From Candidatus Bathyarchaeota archaeon (GTDB taxonomy: Archaea; Thermoproteota; CALKCG01; B24): a stretch of 64,000 nucleotides of DNA. The translations under genes were made by a program, and so were the position numbers. The stretch is taken from contig JAGHAZ010000037.1 in assembly GCA_021161255.1 (NCBI GenBank), positions 17,666 through 81,665 on the forward strand, written 5' to 3'. The notes below the pieces were generated by a model, which was not told where the DNA came from, made no database searches, and saw nothing but the letters and a program-made list of their open reading frames with translations. Below, one piece after another: positions 45,445 through 53,905 of this stretch. How positions within the stretch are numbered: the first letter of the stretch is position 1; every line of letters starts with the position of its first letter.

Positions 45445-47201
45445 GACCGTGTCTTAAAGAGCTTCAGGGAGTAGCCGCAGTATGGGCAGAATAGGGCGTC
45501 GCTGGGTAGCCTCGAGCCGCAGTTCGGGCAGAACATTATCACCGGTCTAACAGGCTTGGGTTTAAGCCGTTTAGATACAACTTTGAAGGTTAGGACTGTA
45601 AGCGTCCCATAGGTTACTATGCTCAGCAGAAGCGCGTTCTCCGCTATCGTCATGCTACTGCTTGCATAGAGTAGGGCTCTAGAATATTGGCCCATGCGAT
45701 ACGCCTCTAAAGCTATCGAAAGCAGAAGCTCCGAGATGAACTTAAACGGCTGTAAGAGGACGCTCAGTTCCTCGACGACTTTCCTCGCCTTCTCTAAGAT
45801 GACTACGACCTCCTCTATGCTCTTAACCCCTGAGAAACCCCAGCGTCTAAACATATCTAAAACCTCCGACACGTTTCCGGCTGCCATGCCTAAGGCGGTT
45901 ATTATAGACGTATCGTCGTCTTTACACGGCATATCTTTTATCACCTTGAAGAACTTTTTGTAGTATTCTAAGCCTCCATACTTATCGCCTAGGGTTTTGA
46001 ATATCTTGTACGACGCTGCGTAGTATGCTATGATGTTGGAGGGTGTAGAGCCTACGCTCCACGTCTGTACAAAGCCGTATTTCTCACCTATAGAGGAGAG
46101 AACAATCTCTAGGTCTCTTCTATGAGCCTCTGCGGCCTCCTTATAGCCTAGGATTTCCGCTATTTCCAGGCTGAAGTACTCGGCCATGCCTTCGTGAACC
46201 CAGAGCCTACTAGGGCCTATTCCCGCGTACCAGACCATCTGATGGGTGAGCTCATGTAGGGCTATGATCTCTAGAAAACCGCTCATGGTCCTTAGGTAGA
46301 ATATGTTAAGATGTATGTCTCCCGGCTTCTTACCGAGGAATGGGACGTAGCCTCCGAGACCTCCTAGAAGCTCGTCTGGACTTGGGAGAAAGAACGTGAC
46401 GTTTATCGATTCTACATGAACTCCGAATACGTCCTCGTAGATGGGTAGGCTCCTATTGTACAGCTCCAGAAACCTTTCAGCATACTCGGCATATCTGGGA
46501 GCTGTGTGGAACGTGAAGATCCCGAGGGTATAGTTCTCCTCAACCGACAGGGCGTTTTTCAGTATGAACGGGATCATTATGCGGCAGTTCGGCTCGGTGG
46601 AGCATCTCACCATAACGCGCTTCACGGGGAACGGCATTATCGTAAGGTCTGAGGGGCTCTTGACTTCGGAGGCCGTTATGATCTTCACGCTCTTCGACGA
46701 TACTACGGAGTCTTCGGGTAGGAGGACCTCAGCTATACCGTCTAGGTCGCTTTTATACTCTATCTGAGACGAGTAGAAGAGGCCATTAGGCTCGAGTATG
46801 AACGTGTATAAGGGGACTACGTAGCTTATGGTTAGGTTTAAGAACTCAAGCTCCGACGTAAAGGTGAATGTGAAGTTTTTCCAGAAAGGGTCTTCGAAGT
46901 TGTTTCTGATAATCTTCTTAACCTCGACGTAGGAAAGGTTGCCTTCTGATACCTTGTACGTCCAGTTCGTATATGCCGGTACGACGACCCATGACGAGCC
47001 TTGGGTTAGACCGGTGTAGAGTATGGTGATCGTTATAGCCGTATTACCGTCTCGGTCGACGTCGTAGAAGTATATTATATGACCGGCCGGCTTCGGAGAA
47101 GCCGATGCATCGCCTATACAGATTGCAGGCGCTATTAGAAGCGTGAGGATCACGGCGTAAAGCATGGACTTAGCTGTCGGCGTGAACTTCACTTGAACCA
47201 A
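45441..47201 (-). CDS. Membrane-anchored extracellular zinc metalloprotease-like protein (Peptidase_MA-like) with cytoplasmic C-terminal zinc ribbon
   Basis: Signal-like N-terminus. 'ALHELTHQMVW' (HExxH) plus 'HEGMAEYFS' (third ligand Glu). Many N-x-S/T sequons. TM 'LLLSIVTYGTLTVLTFKVV', then 'FCPNCGSRLPSDALFCPYCG'. Confidence 0.6.
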   Translation of the reverse strand: MVQVKFTPTAKSMLYAVILTLLIAPAICIGDASASPKPAGHIIYFYDVDRDGNTAITITILYTGLTQGSSWVVVPAYTNWTYKVSEGNLSYVEVKKIIRNNFEDPFWKNFTFTFTSELEFLNLTISYVVPLYTFILEPNGLFYSSQIEYKSDLDGIAEVLLPEDSVVSSKSVKIITASEVKSPSDLTIMPFPVKRVMVRCSTEPNCRIMIPFILKNALSVEENYTLGIFTFHTAPRYAEYAERFLELYNRSLPIYEDVFGVHVESINVTFFLPSPDELLGGLGGYVPFLGKKPGDIHLNIFYLRTMSGFLEIIALHELTHQMVWYAGIGPSRLWVHEGMAEYFSLEIAEILGYKEAAEAHRRDLEIVLSSIGEKYGFVQTWSVGSTPSNIIAYYAASYKIFKTLGDKYGGLEYYKKFFKVIKDMPCKDDDTSIITALGMAAGNVSEVLDMFRRWGFSGVKSIEEVVVILEKARKVVEELSVLLQPFKFISELLLSIALEAYRMGQYSRALLYASSSMTIAENALLLSIVTYGTLTVLTFKVVSKRLKPKPVRPVIMFCPNCGSRLPSDALFCPYCGYSLKLFKTRS

Positions 47202-47303
47202 CCTTCACCTCTACGTTTAGAATAAGATTAAAATAAACCTATCTTTCTTCTTGGAAGAGACTGGAAATTTTATATCTTTACCGTCTTCTAAAGACTTTAC
47301 GTT

Positions 47304-48278
47304 ATGAGGGTTCTGACGCATGGAGACTGTGACGGTGTGTGCTCAGCGGCCGTGGTTAAGATGGTGTACCCAGACGCTGAGGTGTACTTCACGAACCCGT
47401 CCAGGCTTCTGAGGGACCTAAAGAGGATGGAAACGTCCGACGGTGTTATAGTATGCGACATAGCCTTGAACGAGGGTGAGTGGCCTTTGGTTTTCGAAGA
47501 GATCAAAAGATTATCCTCCGGCTTCGAGGCCCTTTATTTAGACCACCATCCACTTCCTATGGATTTTCCCAAGAAGTTCAAGCTCGGACTTCGATTCTAC
47601 CATAGGGAGGAGGTTTCGGCATCCGAGATCGCCTATACTGTTTTCAAGGAAAGGTTGGACGATTCTAGGAGGGAGTGGGCGGCTATAGTAGCCACCTACG
47701 GGGCGGTATCGGATTACACGGATGATACCCCGCCTGCGTCTGAGGTTCTGAAGATGATCGATAGAAGAGTTCTTTATCTCGAGTCGGGGCTGCTGACCGA
47801 GGCGCTTATATTCAAACGGGATAGTGGTTTCAGGAAAACCGTGGTCGAGAAGCTCGCTGGGGGGGTTAAGCCGAGTCAAATACCTGAGCTTCCTGGCTAC
47901 GCTATGGAGGCTTTGAAGCTCGAATACGAGGTCTACGAGTACGTGAGGCGATACACACGTAGGGTGGGCGATATAGCCGTGGTCACGGGTCTACCTTACA
48001 AGGGTTTCCTAGGTAAGGCGGCCGTTTACTCTGCTCACGTGTCGGACGCTAGGGTCGGCTGTGCGGTAGCTTTGAAGGATAATAGAGCGGATCTGAGCCT
48101 GAGGACTAGGGACCCAAGGATCGACCTTAACAAGGTCGTCAGGAGTTTGGCTAAGGCCTTAGGAGGGAAGGGGGGTGGCCATACTAAGGCATGTGGTGTG
48201 GAGCTTCCCGCTAGTAAGGTCGAGGATTTTCTACATATGCTTAACTCGTCGCTTCCCAGAGCTCCTGAAACCCTCTAA
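47304..48278 (+). CDS. DHH/DHHA1-family phosphoesterase
   Basis: 'THGDCDGVCSAAV' (motif I), 'YLDHHPLP' (DHH), 'GGKGGGHTKACG' (DHHA1 GGGH). Confidence 0.8.
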   Translation: MRVLTHGDCDGVCSAAVVKMVYPDAEVYFTNPSRLLRDLKRMETSDGVIVCDIALNEGEWPLVFEEIKRLSSGFEALYLDHHPLPMDFPKKFKLGLRFYHREEVSASEIAYTVFKERLDDSRREWAAIVATYGAVSDYTDDTPPASEVLKMIDRRVLYLESGLLTEALIFKRDSGFRKTVVEKLAGGVKPSQIPELPGYAMEALKLEYEVYEYVRRYTRRVGDIAVVTGLPYKGFLGKAAVYSAHVSDARVGCAVALKDNRADLSLRTRDPRIDLNKVVRSLAKALGGKGGGHTKACGVELPASKVEDFLHMLNSSLPRAPETL

Positions 48279-50208
48279 CCGCTTTAATAAGCGTCTTCAG
48301 GCTTCGGAAGGTCTTCATCGTCCTACGCCAGTCTTCTGGAAGTTTCTCGGCTATGCGTCCTAGGTATCTGCTGTCCATCAGGATTATCAGGCCTTTGTCT
48401 TCAGGCCTTCTTATCAAGCGCCCCGCTGCTTGGGCTATTGCGTTTATACAGGGGTTTACGTTCGCGTATTCGTAGCCTTTCTCGCCGAACTTCTCCACAA
48501 AATACTTCGTCAGGGCCTCCTGAAGCTCTGTCTTCTTAGGGTAGGGTACCCCTACTATCACGACCGCCGATAGGAGGGAGCCCATCTCGTCTGAAAAGTC
48601 TACGCCCTCACTTACCTTTCCCCTGGCTACGGCTAATACCATAGGGTTTCCGCCGTCCTTAAGGAAGCTGTAGACCTTCTCAAACGACGTATCCTCGTCC
48701 TCGTAGAGGATGGGTGTTTGAACACCCTCCAGATGGCGTTTAACGGCGTTCATAACCTCGTAGGATGGGAAGTAGAGCGCCATGGCTCCTCTCAAGGCGG
48801 TTCTCAAGGCCTTTATATGGTCCGCTATCTTCACCCACTCCTCCTCGGTCCGCTTCGGGTAGCGGGTTGTCACCCTAGCGTCGACGAGTATGGCTCTGTT
48901 CTCTTCCGGGAAGGGATATGAGATTTCAAGTATGCCGACCCGTCTCCTATCTAAGCCTAGGACTTCGATGTAATAGTCCGTGTCCCATAGGGTCCCCGAC
49001 ATGAGCACGGCTGAGTATACCCTGTTCAACACGGATGAGACCGGCGACGGGTCTAGGAGCCTTAACCCGATCCTGTAATGTTTTTCTCCTCTGTATGCGA
49101 ATCCCTCTACGTACTTCACTAGGCTCGGCCCCCTGGCTTCTACGAGGTGTTCGAGAAACAGGCCGACCCTATAGGTGTAGGATATCGGAGGCGACCCTTC
49201 GGCTATTTTCTCAGCCCTTATGGCCTCGCCTTCGTCCTGTAGAGCCTTAGCGAACCTAAGTATTCCTCTGCGGCCTTCGACGTCTAAAGAATCTGAGACC
49301 GTCTCCTCGAGCTGCTCATCCTTTAGTAGCTTAACCACGTCGGGTTCGGCTTCCATAGCCTTTCCCAGCTCCTCGACCGATGAGGCTAAGCGGCTTAGAT
49401 ACTCAGCCATGTCTGAGCCGTAGCGTTCGCATTCTCTCACGGCTCTCCCGAGCGAGATGGTCGAGATGGACTCTGTGGTCAGCTCGGTCAGGTAGCCCGG
49501 TAGCGAATGCGCCTCGTCGACGACGCATACGAGCTCGTCCAGGTGTATCGACGCCTTACCCAGTATGCTATCCCTGACCTTCTCCATGAAAAGGTAGTTG
49601 TAGTTCCCCAGTATAACGTCAGCTCTCCGTAGGAGGAGCTTAGAGACCTCGTATGGGCATAACCCCTCCTTGGAGGATATCTTGAACACCTCGGCCGGGG
49701 TTGAGGCCCCGATCTCCGTCAACACGTTCAGCGTCTTTAGGGCTTCTCTGGAGATTCTTCTACCTGTGTAGGTCGCCTCGTAGAAGGGGCATCTCTCGCC
49801 TGTCGAGCCGGTCCTCAGGGTTCTGCAGTATCTCAGGAAGTCTCTATAAGGTATCTTTCTCAGCTCTCCCGAGGAGGCTAGGGGGCACATGAACTTTCTA
49901 CTCGTTAGGGCGGCGACCGTCAGCCTAGAGGCAGAGACCTCCGCGACCTTCTTAGCCTCCCTGCAGTATATCTCAAGCTGGTTCCTAGTCCTCGTCAAGA
50001 CCATAAGCCTCATACCAGACCCGAGGCTCCTAGCGGCCATGTACGCCGTTAAGACGGATACGCTCTTACCCGTCCCGCATGGGCTTGAGAGCAGCCCGAT
50101 CCTACCGTTCACGAAGGTTTCGAAGAGGAACCTTATCGCCTTTAGCTGCCCCCTCCGGTAGGATGGGTAGGGGAAGAACCTCGCGAAGACCTCCTCGGGA
50201 TGCTCCAC
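48241..50208 (-). CDS. xpd: XPD/Rad3-family 5'-3' DNA helicase with Fe-S domain
   Basis: Walker A 'SPCGTGKSVSVL', 'VVDEAHSLP' (DEAH). Four Cys between them (FMCPL, YCRTL, RCPFYE, LCPYEV). C-terminal 'QAAGRLIRRPEDKG'. Confidence 0.9.
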   Translation of the reverse strand: MEHPEEVFARFFPYPSYRRGQLKAIRFLFETFVNGRIGLLSSPCGTGKSVSVLTAYMAARSLGSGMRLMVLTRTRNQLEIYCREAKKVAEVSASRLTVAALTSRKFMCPLASSGELRKIPYRDFLRYCRTLRTGSTGERCPFYEATYTGRRISREALKTLNVLTEIGASTPAEVFKISSKEGLCPYEVSKLLLRRADVILGNYNYLFMEKVRDSILGKASIHLDELVCVVDEAHSLPGYLTELTTESISTISLGRAVRECERYGSDMAEYLSRLASSVEELGKAMEAEPDVVKLLKDEQLEETVSDSLDVEGRRGILRFAKALQDEGEAIRAEKIAEGSPPISYTYRVGLFLEHLVEARGPSLVKYVEGFAYRGEKHYRIGLRLLDPSPVSSVLNRVYSAVLMSGTLWDTDYYIEVLGLDRRRVGILEISYPFPEENRAILVDARVTTRYPKRTEEEWVKIADHIKALRTALRGAMALYFPSYEVMNAVKRHLEGVQTPILYEDEDTSFEKVYSFLKDGGNPMVLAVARGKVSEGVDFSDEMGSLLSAVVIVGVPYPKKTELQEALTKYFVEKFGEKGYEYANVNPCINAIAQAAGRLIRRPEDKGLIILMDSRYLGRIAEKLPEDWRRTMKTFRSLKTLIKAVRGFQELWEATS

Positions 50209-50222
50209 GTAGTTAACTATAT

Positions 50223-50744
50223 TTGGGCTCTTGGGTTAAAAGGTTGTGGAGGATGGTGGGTTTGAGGATTCTCTGGGCGCCTTGGAGAGCCGGCTACGTC
50301 GAGAGCGCCGGCGGAGGGGGCTGCATATTCTGCGATAAACCCCGGGAGAACAGGGACAGGGAGAACTACATCGTGCTCAGGGGACGCTGGGCCTTCGTCA
50401 TGCTCAACAAGTATCCCTACAACACCGGCCACGTCATGATAGCGCCCTACAGGCATGAGGGCGACATCGGGGGTTTGACGGACGAGGAGGCCGGTGAGGT
50501 CTTCGAGCTTCTTAAGAAGTCCATTAAAGCTTTGAGGAGGGCGTTTAAACCAGACGGTTTCAACGTCGGGCTGAACCTAGGCAGGGTGGCCGGGGCCGGC
50601 GTGGAGGGGCATGTGCACGTCCACGTGGTCCCCAGGTGGCTCGGAGACACAAACTTCATGCCGGTCGTCGCGGATACCAAGGTCATGCCTATGTCCCTCG
50701 AAGACGTCTACGAAAGGCTTAGAAAGGCCCTCGAAGACCTGTAG
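50223..50744 (+). CDS. HIT-family (histidine triad) nucleotide hydrolase/transferase
   Basis: 'GHVHVHVVPR' histidine triad and 'CIFCD' zinc motif. Start may be ATG 50253 rather than TTG 50223. Confidence 0.85.
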   Translation: MGSWVKRLWRMVGLRILWAPWRAGYVESAGGGGCIFCDKPRENRDRENYIVLRGRWAFVMLNKYPYNTGHVMIAPYRHEGDIGGLTDEEAGEVFELLKKSIKALRRAFKPDGFNVGLNLGRVAGAGVEGHVHVHVVPRWLGDTNFMPVVADTKVMPMSLEDVYERLRKALEDL

Positions 50745-51047
50745 ACAGAACATGATATTACCTCAGCTGATACCTCTATGCATATTCAGGAGCCGGTCGG
50801 TCCCTCCTCCCCTCTGGGTTTTTCCATGACAAATTACCCGAGGTAATTTTCGAGGATATCTATATCAGAGGGTATTAGCGGTGGCTGATGGAGTTGGATT
50901 TTAAAGAACAAGCTGATACACTTTTATGTCTGGTCTCCGCATCTCCCCACTACTTGTCGTTGTACATCATCGTGTATCCTAGACCGGCTAGCTCGTTTTT
51001 GAAGGAAGTTTCCTTAACCAGTCACCCTCAACGCTGTATGAGATTCA

Positions 51048-51088
51048 AACGTACAATTCTGTTCATCCACTTATAAACAAAAATCCCT
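51048..51088. repeat. Copy B of the ~41-43-nt dispersed repeat (partner at 21532..21574)
   Basis: See copy A. Lies in a 518-nt AT-rich gene-free stretch, about 65 nt upstream of ATG 51154. Confidence 0.8.
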
Positions 51089-51262
51089 ACCTTTCTTTCT
51101 ATAAGTTTCTCACAGGTTAGCTATATAATTCACTTATGACAAACTTACATTAGATGAAAATACCGCAGAAAGGTAGAAGGACATTTGCAGTCGACATTAT
51201 AGTTCTTATCTTTATTATTCTGGTTTTTTTACTATCATGCAAGATATCAAGTACCGGATAAC

Positions 51263-51985
51263 GTGTCCAGATTTATTTCTAAGCTTGCCTCTACGGCAAG
51301 AACCTATCTACATAAAATTCGAACTTTTTCGCTCTACATTTTCGATAAGGGTAAGTTAACGACGTTCACAGTTGAGATCGAAATTAATCATCCGGGTAGA
51401 ACGGTCAGAAACTACTATGGAACGGAAACGATTCATGAAATAGTCGACGATGCGACTAAGACAGAGACTATACAGTATATAGCTGGGGTGCTTAAAGACC
51501 TCTCTCATGGAGACGATGAATTCTACGCAAACTATGTAATTCAGATAACTAAGCAATTGAAGTACTCGAGTAGCCAGATGAATAGAACATACGTACAACA
51601 TCCCCTTTACACACTATGTACTGGTAGTGGTGTTTGTATAGACCATGTGTTGCTATGTGCATCCATACTTAAAGCAGGAGGACTACGCGTAGCTATTATA
51701 CTTGCAGAGGTTAAGACGGTTGGGACAACTGGTAATCATGCCATGATAGCTATATGGTTACCGCATCGGCCTAGGCTACCGGCTCAGTACCATTACTGGG
51801 CTAGAGTACAGTATGGGCTACCACTTTCGGCAAATATAACTATAGAGGGTGAAACTTGGTATCTAGCCGATCCCACACCTTCAGATAAACCTCTAAACCT
51901 TTTGCAATTCAAAAACATATACCCAACCTTAGTAGGCGAACATACTTGGGATCGTCTAGAGATAAAAGAAATCATAATTCTATAG
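51263..51985 (+). CDS. Transglutaminase-like cysteine-protease-fold protein (possibly frameshifted, see findings)
   Basis: 'GSGVCIDHVLLCASILKAGGLRVAII' (Cys), 'GNHAMIAIWL' (His) and 'WYLADPT' (Asp) form the transglutaminase-core C/H/D triad in canonical order. AT-rich gene. Confidence 0.5.
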   Translation: MSRFISKLASTARTYLHKIRTFSLYIFDKGKLTTFTVEIEINHPGRTVRNYYGTETIHEIVDDATKTETIQYIAGVLKDLSHGDDEFYANYVIQITKQLKYSSSQMNRTYVQHPLYTLCTGSGVCIDHVLLCASILKAGGLRVAIILAEVKTVGTTGNHAMIAIWLPHRPRLPAQYHYWARVQYGLPLSANITIEGETWYLADPTPSDKPLNLLQFKNIYPTLVGEHTWDRLEIKEIIIL

Positions 51986-52081
51986 ATTAGCCACATATGG
52001 CTTGTGATTACAGGAATCAAGATTTAATTCCTTCTATGAGATTTTGTGCCGCTTACGAAGCGTTTTCGTCGCTCACCTTGT

Positions 52082-52576
52082 TTATACCTGAAGGGGTGAG
52101 AATACTAGGGCGGCTATGACTGAGCCGTAGTAGCCTTTTGGAACTTTTAGGCTTTCGACCCTGTATTTGATGTCCACCAGCTCGACTCCCCTGGTCTCAG
52201 CCATCTCCATAAGCCTATCGTTGAGTATCCTCTTCAGCTTCCCGGAGTCCATGTTATCGTGCGCCTCGACCACCAATCCGAAGCGTCTATCTTTTTCCCA
52301 AGCCCACGCTATACCTGCGCCCAGCTCCTCCCCGTCGGATCCCTCCATCCTAGCGATCACAACGAACACTATCGACCCGGCAGGTATCTCATGTATCTCG
52401 CACTCCTCAGCCCCCGCGGGTATTATCGAGCTTACGGGAACCAGGTTGCAGTTCCCTATCCCCGCCTCTAGAAGAGCACGGTCGAAGGCGTTAAGCTTAG
52501 AGACCCTACTCAGCGCCTTACCGCTCGTCACGAAGAACCTCCTAGGCTTCAAGGCCACAAAACCGAAACCATTCAT
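52082..52576 (-). CDS. pdaD: Pyruvoyl-dependent arginine decarboxylase
   Basis: 'FFVTSGKALSRVSKLNAFDRALLEAGIGNCNLVPVSSIIPAG' includes the self-processing SS site. 164 aa fits PdaD size. Confidence 0.85.
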   Translation of the reverse strand: MNGFGFVALKPRRFFVTSGKALSRVSKLNAFDRALLEAGIGNCNLVPVSSIIPAGAEECEIHEIPAGSIVFVVIARMEGSDGEELGAGIAWAWEKDRRFGLVVEAHDNMDSGKLKRILNDRLMEMAETRGVELVDIKYRVESLKVPKGYYGSVIAALVFSPLQV

Positions 52577-52677
52577 CTACACCAGCAGTAATATAAAGTT
52601 ACCTCTCAACCATATCTGACTCATCTATCGAGAGTGATCGTAAATACCATGCACACAGACTATGAGTTAACCCTCGA

Positions 52678-52887
52678 TCAGAGGTTCAACGTCTCCAGTA
52701 GTTGAATCCTTCGCCTCAGTTTTCCACCCAGTTTCTCGACAAGTCTCCTATCGCTCGTTATGAGTTTGCCGTCGAAGGACGATGCCATACCTATGTATAC
52801 AGCATCGTAGACGTCTATCTCTTCTGAAAGGGAGAGTCTGAAGGCGTTAAGCCAGGTTTCAGCCGTCGGCTCTACCGTTATCTGCAT
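52678..52887 (-). pseudogene. PIN-domain (VapC-like) remnant, C-terminal half only
   Basis: 'EIDVYDAVYIGMASSFDGKLITSDRRLVEKL' is the C-terminal PIN acidic-residue region. The N-terminal ~60 aa with the first catalytic Asp is absent. The frame is closed by TGA at 52948-50. Confidence 0.5.
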
Positions 52888-52980
52888 GTCTTTTAACGTT
52901 TTAACGACGCGAAGCAGTTGCGTCTCCGTCAGCCTGAATCTCCATCCTCAGCTTATCCATCTCCCCGGCGGCTTTCTCCA

Positions 52981-53127
52981 CTAGACTCCAATCTCCCCCC
53001 TAAGCCTCTCCTCGACCATAACCCTCTCCAATATCGCTTTTCTGACAACCTCGCTCCAGTTAACCCCCTTTATCCTCCTCATTCTCTTCTTAAGGTCCTC
53101 GGGAATCCTAACGGTTATGGTGGGCAT
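52981..53127 (-). CDS. Ribbon-helix-helix (CopG/VapB-like) antitoxin, apparently truncated by a frameshift
   Basis: My translation is MPTITVRIPEDLKKRMRRIKGVNWSEVVRKAILERVMVEERLRGEIGV*. The 'NWSE' RHH pattern is typical of archaeal VapB. Below the track length cut-off. Confidence 0.55.
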   Translation of the reverse strand: MPTITVRIPEDLKKRMRRIKGVNWSEVVRKAILERVMVEERLRGEIGV

Positions 53128-53245
53128 CTAAATCCTGTACATACATCGTATTTACATGGTTTAAGCGTTTCCAGGCTTCCATCGTTTAAACATCTTCTGA
53201 ATCGCTAAGGTTTAAAATGCTTGGCCTCGGTTTATTGGCTGAGGT

Positions 53246-53905
53246 ATGGTCTTTAGGCTTGCGGTCTTCGACTTAGATGGGACTTTGACGGATGTGGATA
53301 GCATATGGGGTTTCCTACACCGTAGGTTGGGTACGTGGGATAGGGCTAGGGTTCACGCCGAGATGTTCTACAGGGGCGAGATCGACTACGCGGAGTGGGC
53401 CCGCCTAGATACGGCGCTTTGGAAAGGGATTTCGTTCAGCCGTATAGAGGGGCTTGTGTCCGAGGTAGGCTACGTCGACGGCGCGTATGAAGTGGTAGAG
53501 AGGCTTAAAGGGATGGGTTTAAAAGTCGGCGTGATAAGCGCCGGTTTGAAAGTCGTAGCCAAGAAGGCTATGAGGGACCTGGGCTTAGACTTCGCCGAGG
53601 CGAACGAACTCATCGTCAGAGACGGGCTCTTAACGGGGGAAATAGCCATAAAGGTCTCTCACGGGGAGAAGCATATGGTCCTAGACAAGATAAGGCGGAG
53701 GTTCTCCGTCGAGATGAGCGAGTGCGTAGCCGTGGGAGACGACATAACCAACATATCGCTGTTCAAGGCTGTGGGGCTGAGCATAGCCTTCAACCCCACC
53801 TGCCGGGAGGTCGCTGAAAACGCGGACTACGTGGTCTCGGATCTAAGGGAGGTGGTCTCCATAGTCGAAAAGGTCATGGCTAGACGTCGTAGGAAACCCC
53901 TTTAA
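53246..53905 (+). CDS. HAD-superfamily hydrolase, phosphoserine-phosphatase-like (subfamily IB)
   Basis: Motif I 'AVFDLDGTLT', motif II 'VISAG', motif III 'K...AVGDDITNISL'. Confidence 0.8.
   Translation: MVFRLAVFDLDGTLTDVDSIWGFLHRRLGTWDRARVHAEMFYRGEIDYAEWARLDTALWKGISFSRIEGLVSEVGYVDGAYEVVERLKGMGLKVGVISAGLKVVAKKAMRDLGLDFAEANELIVRDGLLTGEIAIKVSHGEKHMVLDKIRRRFSVEMSECVAVGDDITNISLFKAVGLSIAFNPTCREVAENADYVVSDLREVVSIVEKVMARRRRKPL

Noticed and set aside
50888-51076. 62-aa ORF ending in the repeat copy B, with the shared 'RTILFIHL*' reading in both repeat copies
   Set aside because: In copy A a stop codon lies directly upstream, so only 8 codons are shared. Three synonymous differences are too few to argue for coding selection, and the 62-aa product has no recognisable features.
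21532-51088. The two ~41-nt direct repeats as attL/attR of a 29.5-kb integrated element
   Set aside because: The interval contains obvious housekeeping genes (xpd, thyA, nth, gyaR, a tRNA), and I recognise no integrase. The repeat does not overlap the tRNA gene. I report it only as a dispersed repeat.
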